Position numbers and translations under genes: made by a program. Below are positions 7,897-16,669 of a stretch of 24,843 nucleotides of DNA, in pieces. Position 1 is the first letter of the stretch, and the number at the start of each line of letters is the position of its first letter. The notes beneath the pieces are model-generated. The model saw nothing but the letters and a program-made list of their open reading frames with translations, was not told where the DNA came from and made no database searches. Origin of the DNA: a virus (Duplodnaviria > Caudoviricetes); IMG/VR virus record IMGVR_UViG_3300044477_000050, positions 1 through 24,843 of that record. One strand, written 5' to 3'.

Positions 7897-8372
7897 TGGC
7901 TGACTTTGCAGGATATTACATCTCTACGTCTCTCGTTGAGCGTAGGCTGTCGAAGGCTGTCGTTCGTCGTGTTTACGACGACAACAATCTAGGGGTCGTT
8001 ATCCCCGACGAATACAGCCCCGTCGTCCTGCTTGTCCGCGATTCAGAGTCAATGTTCGAGGGTTACTGCCGCGGCATCTACGACCTGAACGCACTTAGAG
8101 CCGCCAAACCACCGGAAGCCGTCAGGCTTTGCCTTGATTGCTCCGAGTATTTGGCGGCTAAGCGATTCCCGCGCGCGGTCAACCGTAGCTGGGTCGAGCT
8201 TGAAAAGAGCGTTCGCGACGAGCTAATGAACCTTCGGAAGGGGTTGACCCGTTTCGACGTCATTGGCACGCCGGAGCCTGCAGCGAACCAGGGCGGCTAC
8301 GTTTCGAGCGGAGACGTGAACAGTCCCGAAGTCCGTCCGATGACCTTCGGTGGCGGGTGGGGTTCGTTTTGA
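7896..8372 (+). CDS. Head-tail adaptor, Mu gp36 / DUF1320-like
   Basis: YYIS...V..RL, FEGYCRGIYDL, VRLCLD.SEY, L.NLRKG pattern; synteny. Confidence 0.75.
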   Translation: MADFAGYYISTSLVERRLSKAVVRRVYDDNNLGVVIPDEYSPVVLLVRDSESMFEGYCRGIYDLNALRAAKPPEAVRLCLDCSEYLAAKRFPRAVNRSWVELEKSVRDELMNLRKGLTRFDVIGTPEPAANQGGYVSSGDVNSPEVRPMTFGGGWGSF

Positions 8373-9067
8373 CCTACGACGGCTACGGCGCACAGACGAT
8401 CCCTGTCCAGTGCGACACAAACGAGACCGTTGGAGATCCGTCGCTTGGCTACATAGGGAAGTACCTGCAAGCCGTACTAAACGACGCAACCGGCCAAGCA
8501 TGGTCGCAGAACTTGTGCCCCAATCGCAACGCTGTGGATTTCTGCTTTGCGCACGATCCACAGTTGCTTTTTGATGAGTCAAGGCTTCCAGCTCTCTACG
8601 TTTGGCGTGGTAAAGCAGCTCACTCGCGAAAAGGCGACGACCTGTTTCTGGCCACAACGCAGATAAAGATCGCTTGGATTACCGAGAGCGCACAGGAAGA
8701 AATCGCCGTCTCGCGCAGTCCGATGATGACGGCAATGTCGAACGCGATAGCTGTCGCAATCAACGAAGACCGAGATCCGGCGTGGATTCTACCGAGCGAG
8801 GTTGACCCGCTGGCGCTTCTAAAAGGCACGTCAATCTCTGACGTTTGCGGGTTTTCTCGATTCGTTCCCGCTGATTCGGATCCGGAAGAGTTTGTCTTTC
8901 AGAAGATCGAAGACGCGCAACCATTGCCTTATTACGGGTTCGTGATGACGGTCGAAGCCGATGAGTATTACTCACCAGGCAACCGAACGCGTAAACCAAC
9001 CAAGCTCAACGCAACCGCGTCAACAAACGGCAACGCGCCGAACGCGATAATCACACAGGTTCCATGA
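8369..9067 (+). CDS. Probable tail terminator/completion protein (Mu gp37-like position)
   Basis: Start revised to TTG 8369, which overlaps the upstream TGA (TTGA); LPALYVWR motif; neck position. Confidence 0.6.
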   Translation: MTYDGYGAQTIPVQCDTNETVGDPSLGYIGKYLQAVLNDATGQAWSQNLCPNRNAVDFCFAHDPQLLFDESRLPALYVWRGKAAHSRKGDDLFLATTQIKIAWITESAQEEIAVSRSPMMTAMSNAIAVAINEDRDPAWILPSEVDPLALLKGTSISDVCGFSRFVPADSDPEEFVFQKIEDAQPLPYYGFVMTVEADEYYSPGNRTRKPTKLNATASTNGNAPNAIITQVP

Positions 9068-9315
9068 CCCTACTAGAGCAAGAAGCCCGGCTAAAGCAGC
9101 AGCAAACAATCCGACTGAAACCCGAGAAACCTGGCGATGTTGGCACGCACAATGTTCCAGGTCTTCGTGGGTACCGAGTCCTTCGGATCGCTCATCGTGA
9201 GCAGTTCGTTTTTTCAACGCTTTCACAATTCGTTTTAGAGCTTTTGGCGGCCGTTCATGTCGGTACGATTGGACTTCGATCTAGCGGGCCTGGACCAGCT
9301 GCAACGGCGACTTGA
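9064..9315 (+). CDS. Hypothetical protein (83 aa)
   Basis: ATGA-coupled to the upstream gene and fills the gap, but overlaps the next gene by 59 nt. Confidence 0.45.
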   Translation: MTLLEQEARLKQQQTIRLKPEKPGDVGTHNVPGLRGYRVLRIAHREQFVFSTLSQFVLELLAAVHVGTIGLRSSGPGPAATAT

Positions 9316-9805
9316 GAGCGATTTAGAACGTCTCACGCGTGACGCGGTTCATGCGGCAGCAAAAGTCACAACGGCGAAGGCTAAACGCGGAAACTTCAAA
9401 GACCACACTCGTCAGCTGCGGTCGACAATCAAGTCGACGATCCTAGGGCAACGTGGCGCGTGGTACATGGCCGAGGTTTTAGCTCCGAAGCCCTACGCGA
9501 GCTTCGTCGAGAACGGCACCGAGGCTCACGACATCTGGCCCAAGGCGGCGCACGGTCTAAAAGGACCACTTCGCAATGGACAGACGCGGAGAGCAACCGG
9601 CAAAGGCCCTCACGAGCACATTGTTGGCCGTGGAATAGCGCTCCGATTCAAGATCGGTGGGCGCGAGGTATTTGCTCGATACATTCATCACCCTGGCTCG
9701 CGAGCGATTCCGTTTATGGAACCAGCTCGTGAATATGGCCAGGCGTACATAGAGACATTTGTGCGGCGCGGGTTCGAAGGAATTGCGACGCGATTGGAGC
9801 GCTAA
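9257..9805 (+). CDS. HK97 gp10-like neck/tail completion protein
   Basis: TRQLRSTI, YASFVENGT..H.I.P, ALRF, HHPGSRAIPFMEPA motifs. Confidence 0.85.
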   Translation: MSVRLDFDLAGLDQLQRRLESDLERLTRDAVHAAAKVTTAKAKRGNFKDHTRQLRSTIKSTILGQRGAWYMAEVLAPKPYASFVENGTEAHDIWPKAAHGLKGPLRNGQTRRATGKGPHEHIVGRGIALRFKIGGREVFARYIHHPGSRAIPFMEPAREYGQAYIETFVRRGFEGIATRLER

Positions 9806-9807
9806 TA

Positions 9808-10197
9808 GTGGCGAAAGCAAAAGAGAAACTTCGGGTTCTTCCGAACCCCTATTTATTTGGCGGAAATCCGCTTTGCGCGTGCGCTTCGGATCCGGTTGAG
9901 CACATCCAAGGACGCTACATCGGCGCGCAGCCAGTCGTCAAAAGCGGCGGTGAAACCATTACCGTCGGATCGCTAACTGGATTCGTCGGCGGAGAGCAAA
10001 CCGAAGTCGAATGGGAATTTTCGACCGAGCCGCAAGAGATCCCAAAGACGAACTACTACCTGCAAATGATTCGCGAAGGCGCGCTCGTCCCAGCTGACGC
10101 AGCGACCGCGGCGCTTGCGGGAATCAAAGGCTTTACAAGCGCGGAAAAACTCCTCGCAAAAGACCCAAACGCCAAGCCTGTGAAGGCGAAGGAATAA
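9808..10197 (+). CDS. Sheath-associated small protein (Mu gp38 / DUF2635-like)
   Basis: LRVLP at the N-terminus and TNYYLQMIREGAL motif; directly before the sheath gene; GTG start with GGAG. Confidence 0.55.
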   Translation: MAKAKEKLRVLPNPYLFGGNPLCACASDPVEHIQGRYIGAQPVVKSGGETITVGSLTGFVGGEQTEVEWEFSTEPQEIPKTNYYLQMIREGALVPADAATAALAGIKGFTSAEKLLAKDPNAKPVKAKE

Positions 10198-10203
10198 CAC
10201 ACA

Positions 10204-11712
10204 ATGGGCATCATTGTATCAGGGTTCGCGTCTGACGACGCAGTGCCTGGCAGTTACCGCGCGTCCGTGCTTGGCGCGGGGTTGCTCTCTATCGGTTCAC
10301 TACCGGTCAAGCTGTGCGCCGTCGGTAATAAGACCAGCGCAGGAAGCGCGACAGTCGACGTTGACGTCGTTGGTCCACTCACCGGCGAGGATGACGCTGA
10401 TGCGTATCTAGGCGCCGGTTCCGAGTGCGCTCAGATTTGTTACGGCGCGCTTAGTATCTCGGGTGTCAACGTTTACGCGGCGCCTATCGCTGAGCCATCA
10501 GCGGGCCCCGTAGCGGCGTCAATTACCATCACATTCAGCGGCACGGCTACCCGTAACGGCACTGTTCGCGGTCGAGTTGGCGGGAAGCCGTTCTCCTTCG
10601 GTGTGGCTACGACTGACGCAACGACGGTCGTTGCGACGAACTGCGACCTTGGTGTCAAGAAGATTGTTCGATCCCCCGTCACGTCCGGCGCTGCTAGCTC
10701 AGCAACAACACTGACGAATAAGCAGACTGGCGCGCGAGGGAATCAGCTAATTCTGACCCTAGACATGTCAGAGGTTCCCGGGCTCACCGCAACCGTAACG
10801 GTTGGCGCAGCTGTCGCGGGGCACTCGAACATGTGGACCTTCGGCAGTGGCGCCGGGACCGATTCGGTAGCGGCGCAGCTCGGGCAACTTGCCGGCGATA
10901 CCTACGACTACCTAGCGTTCGCGCCCAACGACGCGACGAATATGGGGCTAATTAAGACGCACTTGGCTAGCGAAGCAATGCCAGGCGTAAGCCACCTTGA
11001 ACACGCCACGTTTGCGATTTGCGGGGCTTACTCGGCTGCGGCGGCGTTAGCGAACACCACGCTCAATGACCCGCGCTGCACGCTTGTGTGGGGCAAGTAC
11101 TGTGAAAACACGGTTGCTTGGCTTGCTGGCAAAGTAGCGGCTACCCGTGCGGCAATGGTCGGGCAGCAACCGAACTACAAATGGGCAGGGACCCCCGAGT
11201 GTGTTCTCAAGGGCGCACAGGGCCAACTCAAGAGCGATAACCCAGGGCACGCCGAGCAAAAGAACGCGCTCAACAATGGGCTTTGCGTCCTACGAACGGA
11301 AGGAACGGACCTCGTTATTGTGCGTGGAATCACGACGAAGTGTCTCTCGGGAACTTCGCCAGACTTCCGCACGCGTGACTGGACCGATCCGGATGTTACC
11401 GATCGAATCAATCGCGAAATCGGCGCTCTTTGGACCGCTGTTTCCTCCGCGAACATGTGGGCAGAGCCAGACTCGCTCAACGGCGATCCTCCTCCAGCGG
11501 GCACGATTACCCCGAACCTCTGGAACGGGAAACTACTCACAATGATGCGTGACTTTGCCGCAAATCGCGGGTGGGTTTACCTCGTCGAAGAGCATCCGCC
11601 GCAATCTGAATGGAGCGGTCAACGCGGTTGCATCATGTCGGCGATCCCTGTCTACGTGAAGCCCAAGAGCTTCCAATTGGGCGCAAACATTAACCAAACG
11701 TCCGCAGCCTAA
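10204..11712 (+). CDS. Contractile tail sheath protein (Mu gpL-like)
   Basis: 502 aa; VPGSY at the N-terminus, AYLGAGS, GARGNQL, EQKNALNNGL.VL, IVRGITT. Confidence 0.92.
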   Translation: MGIIVSGFASDDAVPGSYRASVLGAGLLSIGSLPVKLCAVGNKTSAGSATVDVDVVGPLTGEDDADAYLGAGSECAQICYGALSISGVNVYAAPIAEPSAGPVAASITITFSGTATRNGTVRGRVGGKPFSFGVATTDATTVVATNCDLGVKKIVRSPVTSGAASSATTLTNKQTGARGNQLILTLDMSEVPGLTATVTVGAAVAGHSNMWTFGSGAGTDSVAAQLGQLAGDTYDYLAFAPNDATNMGLIKTHLASEAMPGVSHLEHATFAICGAYSAAAALANTTLNDPRCTLVWGKYCENTVAWLAGKVAATRAAMVGQQPNYKWAGTPECVLKGAQGQLKSDNPGHAEQKNALNNGLCVLRTEGTDLVIVRGITTKCLSGTSPDFRTRDWTDPDVTDRINREIGALWTAVSSANMWAEPDSLNGDPPPAGTITPNLWNGKLLTMMRDFAANRGWVYLVEEHPPQSEWSGQRGCIMSAIPVYVKPKSFQLGANINQTSAA

Positions 11713-11725
11713 TTAGGAACACACA

Positions 11726-12109
11726 ATGGGCGACAAATTCCGTAATTTCTCGGTCTACGGCAAAGATGGTCGTAAGGTCGAGTTCATGACAACGGCGTCC
11801 CTGAAGGGCGCGTCAAACTCCGAGCAAATCATCGTCGACGGCAAGGTCGCTGGCGCTTCCGAAGGCGTAAAAACCAGCTCCGCGTCAATCGCTGCGGCGA
11901 TTTGCGTGGGTGGAAGAGACTCGACGCAGGTCCTCTATGATTTATGGGACAGTGGAGAGTACACGGACTTCACCTTCGGTATGATTGACGGGCGGATTCT
12001 TTCGGCAAATATGAAGGTCGATTCCTTCGAATACGGCGCGCAAGCCGCGAACGGAACCACGACTTTTAGCTGCGAACTTATCGGGGCAAAGCCGAAAAAG
12101 GTCGGTTGA
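11726..12109 (+). CDS. Tail tube protein
   Basis: 127 aa beta-rich protein directly after the sheath gene, with a strong RBS. Confidence 0.8.
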   Translation: MGDKFRNFSVYGKDGRKVEFMTTASLKGASNSEQIIVDGKVAGASEGVKTSSASIAAAICVGGRDSTQVLYDLWDSGEYTDFTFGMIDGRILSANMKVDSFEYGAQAANGTTTFSCELIGAKPKKVG

Positions 12110-12126
12110 TTTAAGTCGCTTTAGAG

Positions 12127-12227
12127 CCTCCCTCATGCGACACGGTGCGGGCTACCACCGAAGCGTCGGTTGACGCAAGTAGCCCATTGTTAGGCCGCCG
12201 CTGACGGTCATGTGACGACTCACGAGG
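12127..12227 (+). promoter_or_regulatory. Structured intergenic RNA element (three-stem H-type pseudoknot candidate)
   Basis: CGGTG 12143-47 pairs with CACCG 12156-60; GGGCTAC 12149-55 with GTAGCCC 12179-85; GCGTC 12163-67 with GACGC 12172-76. Confidence 0.5.
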
Positions 12228-12236
12228 TCCGATTCC

Positions 12237-12854
12237 ATGGCACGTTTACGCTCGGTATTGTGTGGCGATCGACAGATTAGAACTGTCCCGATTCCACTCA
12301 AAAACATGGTCGAAATCGATGGTTCACCCAAGACCATCGAAGTCGGCCTTGGTATTCTTGGGACCCTCATGGGCGCGGATGACTACGGTCTTATCCTTGC
12401 CTATGCGACCAAGTACGCCAATGACAAGGGCGCCAAAGCCGAAGATGGTTCGGAAGTTTACGACTATGCTAAAGCCGTAGCCACTATTGCGATCGCTTGC
12501 CTCGATTCGGAATCGGATCCGAGTCACCCCATCCCGTTCTTTGGCGCGTCGGATAAACCGACGTTCGAGGAGCGGGTTTCTGACGTTTTGTCCAACAAAG
12601 CAATCGGTCGAGATACGATTATGTTCCTCGCCGAATGCCAGGACGTTTGGCAATGCGAGTGTAGTCCGCAAGCTGGCTCTGGCGAGATGACGCCCGAAGA
12701 ATACTACAAGCTGATAGCGGAGGTCGCAGCAGAAGGCCCTTTAGCGTTCTTGCGACTAAATGCCGCTACGCGTCTGAAATTTCTGCATTTTATGGCCGCC
12801 CTGCTTGTGACATTACCGACGCTCAGTACCACCTCTGGAAATACCTCTGGATAG
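12237..12854 (+). CDS. Tail assembly chaperone 1 (zero-frame product, 205 aa)
   Basis: Between tube and tape measure; GAGG RBS; contains a slippery heptamer near the 3' end. Confidence 0.78.
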   Translation: MARLRSVLCGDRQIRTVPIPLKNMVEIDGSPKTIEVGLGILGTLMGADDYGLILAYATKYANDKGAKAEDGSEVYDYAKAVATIAIACLDSESDPSHPIPFFGASDKPTFEERVSDVLSNKAIGRDTIMFLAECQDVWQCECSPQAGSGEMTPEEYYKLIAEVAAEGPLAFLRLNAATRLKFLHFMAALLVTLPTLSTTSGNTSG

Positions 12855-12886
12855 AGGGCGCCAAGCTAGAGAAGGGCGGTAAATAA
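12237..12886 (+). CDS. Tail assembly chaperone, -1 frameshift product (about 216 aa)
   Basis: C CCT TTA at 12737-12743; the -1 frame is open for 47 further codons to TAA 12884-86, which overlaps the next ATG. Confidence 0.7.
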
Positions 12887-13413
12887 TGGCCAATCTAAAC
12901 GAGCTAGTTGCGGAATACCGCGAGAAAAACGGCTCTAAACGGCCAATGCCAGCGGGTCGCACTGAGATATTGAAGCCAGAGGCTTACCTAGAAGAATGCG
13001 AAGGCAAACCCGCTTCGCCTATCCTCGTCGGACTTCGCACCCCTAACGATGATGACTATACGTCAGTAACGGCATGCGAAAACGATCACGATGCCATGTT
13101 GACCCTGGTTTCGCGAGGAATCTGCGATCCAAACGATTGCACACGGCGCCATCCGTCGTTCCCTTTTCCAGATATACAGGTTAAGAAACACCTCAAGCCA
13201 GAGACGATTCGTTACCTATTCGATCGTATCGAACAGTTACATCTCGAGACGAGTCCCGTCGTTCCATTGGCGACCGACGAGGATCTCTACCTGCTCGGCC
13301 TATCGCTGCAAGTCGGCGACAAGCTCGACGCCATCGAGTCCAAAAACCTCGTCGCTGGAAACCGGATCCGTCGCTTAGCTACCGCGATCATTGACGCTCT
13401 TAACGCTGACTAA
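12886..13413 (+). CDS. Tail assembly chaperone 2 (diverged paralog of chaperone 1)
   Basis: Colinear motifs shared with 12237..12854 (I.VGL, DDY, TI..L, E.SP, T.E..Y.L); TAATG-coupled to the tape measure gene. Confidence 0.65.
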   Translation: MANLNELVAEYREKNGSKRPMPAGRTEILKPEAYLEECEGKPASPILVGLRTPNDDDYTSVTACENDHDAMLTLVSRGICDPNDCTRRHPSFPFPDIQVKKHLKPETIRYLFDRIEQLHLETSPVVPLATDEDLYLLGLSLQVGDKLDAIESKNLVAGNRIRRLATAIIDALNAD

Positions 13414-15791
13414 TGTCTCACGTCCGCATCACCATTGGAGGCCGGCTAGACCGAAGCCTTACCGATTCGTTTTCTCGCGTGCCACAGCTCGCGCGTAAAG
13501 CGACGGATGCAGCGAATTTAGAACTGGCGAAACTAGGCCATGGTGGACGCGGCGGCATTGGTGGCGGACGTGGTGGGCGCGCGAATAACCCAGAGTTTAT
13601 CGCGGCCCGTGAAGCCCACGCGGAACAAGCGCGACTAAACCGGGAGATTTTCAAGCAGCAGGTTGCGCTTCAAAAAGCCGCTGCAAAAGAAGAGCGCGCG
13701 ATCAATCGGCAGCGCTCTCAAGAGCGAATGAAGGCCCTTCACGAGGAGGCCAAAGAGCACATTCGCAACAATAGACTTGTCGAGGCCGCTGCCGCCCGCG
13801 AACGTTCGGCGCAGATCAATCGCCAAATGTTCGGTCGTGAACGCGACCGCGACAGAGTGATCGATCGCCTTGCAACGCGCACAAGTCACCGCGCGACCCG
13901 CTTCATGTTCCCGCGCCCTGAGGGCGCAATCGGGTACGCGTCACGAACCGCCAACGAGCTCCTTCGTGGGCTCGGTATCGACATGTCGTTTTCCGGCGGC
14001 GTATCGCGGGCCAATGAACGCGAGTCAGCTGGCATGGGTCTCGCTCAGCAAGAGCGGATCGCCACCGGGAAAACCAAGGGCGGCGCTTACTGGTCCGGCG
14101 TATCGCAAAAGGTCGGCGAAGAGCTTTCGATCTCACCCGAACGCGTCACGGAATTAATGCGCTCGTTCACCGGTAAAACAGGTGACTTTGAAGCTGCGCC
14201 GGGGATGGGTAAAAATCTCGGTGGAATGGCAACGGCTGCCGGCGCCGATCTGGGCGAGATGGGTAGCGCGGCTGGCTACATTTACAACCAGCTAAAAGGC
14301 ATGCCTGACGCCGCAGAGCGTACGCTTGACGTGATGCGTGGCATTGTCGGCCAGACCGCCGTTGGCGCGGTTGAAATGAAAGACTACGCGGCGCAAATGG
14401 GACGCGTCGCTGCAAACGCTAAAGCCTTTCAAGGCGACGTCTCTCAGAATATCCTTACCCTTTCGGCGCTCACTCAGCTTTCAATCGCTGAAGGCGGCGC
14501 GACCTCTGGAGCTGATGCGGCTAGGTCAATTGGGGCGTTTGCGAATACGACCTCGAAAGGGCAACGGATCAGGGCGTTCCAGAAACACGGCGTAAAGCTA
14601 TTCAACGCGGAAGGTACGCAAAAGCGCCCGATTCTCGATATTATCAAGGATTCGCTTGTGGCGTCTAAAGGCAACATCCCGGCAATGACGGAGATGTGGG
14701 CCGACACCCTTGGGCAAAAGCCAATCAAGGGCATGATAAATGCCTACAATAAAGCGGGCGGCGGCGGCAAAGATGGCCCCGGTGTCAAGGCCGCAATGGC
14801 ATTACTTGAGCCGTATAAAAACGCGCAACTCGACAAAGAGACCGAGCGGAAGAATCTCGAGGATTACCAGGCGACACGCGCGGCAAAAGCGCAACGGTTC
14901 CAAAATCAACTCGACATTATTACCGATTCACTCGCATCGAGGATTATCCCCGCTTTCGAACAGCTTGCGCCGCTTGCGCTTCAGATCGCGAAGGCCTTTG
15001 GAAACTTCGTTGCGTGGGCCACTGAGAACCCGGGCAAGGTCATCGCGATGGCGATTAGCTACGCCATTGGAAGGGCTCTAACCGAGTCTTTCTTCCGGAC
15101 GTTGCTTGAGGGGACAATCAAGTCTGGAATCGGTCGACGCATCGCTGGAGATATCGAAGGCGGCGGCTCTGTTGGCGGCGGATTCTTCCGTAATTCTAAG
15201 GGATCGATACTTGGCAACACCAGTTGGGGCGGCGCAGCTGCTGCAGCTGGCACCGGTTTAGCATTGGGCGCTGGCGTTTATTCGGCGATCGACTTCGCCG
15301 GCAAGTCTCAATACGACGAAGGTGTCAAGACCACTAACGCAATCAGCCGCAAGCTAAACGTTGCTCACGGGTCTGATCTTTCGGAAGCACTTCGCCAGGC
15401 GGAAGCTGACCTCAAGAAGTACCAAGACGACAAGGGTTTGCTCGGCGGAATGTTCTCAGGAATGATGAACATGTTCGGCGCTGGTGATGAAGCGGACGTG
15501 AAAGGTCTCGAGTCTACAATCGCGAGAAAACGCGAGGAATTAGACAATTTCAACAAGACCGGCAAACTCTCCGAAAGCGACCGAAATCAAATCGATGGGC
15601 AGAAGCTGATTGAGAGCTGGGCAGCGAATAAAGAGGCCGACTACGAGAAGGCGGCACAGGCGCAAGCTCGCGCGTTGACCGGTAAAACGCTCAACGTTTA
15701 CGTGAAGAACGCCAAGGAAATCGGCGGCCCCGATGGCGACAAGGGCCCGCGTGTTGACGATACTGGACGCGGTGGACGCGAAGGCAAGTAA
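13413..15791 (+). CDS. Tape measure protein
   Basis: 792 aa Ala/Gly-rich helical protein with a coiled-coil N-terminus and hydrophobic segments; follows the chaperones. Confidence 0.92.
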   Translation: MSHVRITIGGRLDRSLTDSFSRVPQLARKATDAANLELAKLGHGGRGGIGGGRGGRANNPEFIAAREAHAEQARLNREIFKQQVALQKAAAKEERAINRQRSQERMKALHEEAKEHIRNNRLVEAAAARERSAQINRQMFGRERDRDRVIDRLATRTSHRATRFMFPRPEGAIGYASRTANELLRGLGIDMSFSGGVSRANERESAGMGLAQQERIATGKTKGGAYWSGVSQKVGEELSISPERVTELMRSFTGKTGDFEAAPGMGKNLGGMATAAGADLGEMGSAAGYIYNQLKGMPDAAERTLDVMRGIVGQTAVGAVEMKDYAAQMGRVAANAKAFQGDVSQNILTLSALTQLSIAEGGATSGADAARSIGAFANTTSKGQRIRAFQKHGVKLFNAEGTQKRPILDIIKDSLVASKGNIPAMTEMWADTLGQKPIKGMINAYNKAGGGGKDGPGVKAAMALLEPYKNAQLDKETERKNLEDYQATRAAKAQRFQNQLDIITDSLASRIIPAFEQLAPLALQIAKAFGNFVAWATENPGKVIAMAISYAIGRALTESFFRTLLEGTIKSGIGRRIAGDIEGGGSVGGGFFRNSKGSILGNTSWGGAAAAAGTGLALGAGVYSAIDFAGKSQYDEGVKTTNAISRKLNVAHGSDLSEALRQAEADLKKYQDDKGLLGGMFSGMMNMFGAGDEADVKGLESTIARKREELDNFNKTGKLSESDRNQIDGQKLIESWAANKEADYEKAAQAQARALTGKTLNVYVKNAKEIGGPDGDKGPRVDDTGRGGREGK

Positions 15792-16669
15792 TGGGACAGC
15801 TCGATAATTTCGAACCATGGCGGTTCGGCCCCATCCGCCTCGCCGTGGAGACAGGATCTGTCCGTCTCACGATGCGTCGTCACGAGCACGTTTACCCTCA
15901 CACAGCCGGCGCAGCTGGCGAAAAGATGGGGCGCGGGCTTTACGTGATCCATTGTGCCGGAAGATTCGACGATGGCCTTGCCGCAAACAAGGACTACGAA
16001 AACCACCTAACCCAAATGGGTGTGTTTCGGGCGCTCGTAGAAGAAGAAACCACAGAAGATTTGACGATTCCTTGGATCGGCAAAGTCCAAGCGCAATGCA
16101 CAGAATTCGAGCTAACTGAACGCAGCACGATCCGCAGTGGTCTAGCTTTCACGGCTTCGTTCGTGGAGGATATGAACCACGAGTTCCCGATTCAGAACTT
16201 TATCAAAGTGAATCGGGCGCCAATGATGAACTCGGCGATTAACTTTTCAAATCACAAGTGGGAAGCCGACATCTTCAGTAAGATCGCAGCCGGAGTCGGT
16301 AAGGTCCTAGGCATCAAAGACCAATACGAGCTCTATTCAGCGCTCGTTCAGTCCAAGATTTCATACCTCGAAAGCTTATTCCGAGAAGCTGACTCAACAG
16401 CTAACGAGCTGAAAGACCCGAAAAACATACTCGGGCTTGAGTTGTTCTTCGCCCTTTGGGAGTCAGTTCGCAACTTCGCAAACGACATCGCGAGCAAGGG
16501 TCTCGAGTTCCGCTGGTACACTGTGCCCGTGCAAATGTCGCTTCAAGAGGTGGCAATTGCGGTATTCGGGAGCGCCTCAAAAGCCGGTGATTTGCTCGGA
16601 CTGAACCCAATCGAGGACTCACTAGCCATCCCAGCCGGAACAAAGATTCGCTACTATGAGCAGGCCTAG
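15791..16669 (+). CDS. Mu gp43-like DNA circularisation / tube initiator protein with a C-terminal LysM-like domain
   Basis: RRHEHVYP....GEKMGR, LTIPWIG, FTASFVE; C-terminus YTV...SLQEVA..VFG....DLLGLNPIED...IPAGTKI. Confidence 0.85.
   Translation: MGQLDNFEPWRFGPIRLAVETGSVRLTMRRHEHVYPHTAGAAGEKMGRGLYVIHCAGRFDDGLAANKDYENHLTQMGVFRALVEEETTEDLTIPWIGKVQAQCTEFELTERSTIRSGLAFTASFVEDMNHEFPIQNFIKVNRAPMMNSAINFSNHKWEADIFSKIAAGVGKVLGIKDQYELYSALVQSKISYLESLFREADSTANELKDPKNILGLELFFALWESVRNFANDIASKGLEFRWYTVPVQMSLQEVAIAVFGSASKAGDLLGLNPIEDSLAIPAGTKIRYYEQA

Noticed and set aside
9208-9216. T6 run as a frameshift joining ORF 9064 to the gp10-like gene
   Set aside because: The required +1 frame meets a TAG before 9257, and the run is not phased as a -1 heptamer.
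12094-12100. G AAA AAG at the end of the tube gene as a frameshift site driven by the pseudoknot
   Set aside because: Imperfect heptamer and about 43 nt from the pseudoknot, far beyond the usual 5-9 nt spacer.
12831-12851. ACCTCTGGA direct repeat (12831-39, 12843-51)
   Set aside because: Only two 9-bp copies inside coding sequence; not an array or a supportable att site.
12852-12854. TAG readthrough or a recoded genetic code
   Set aside because: Another in-frame TAG follows four codons later; all long genes are intact under the standard code.
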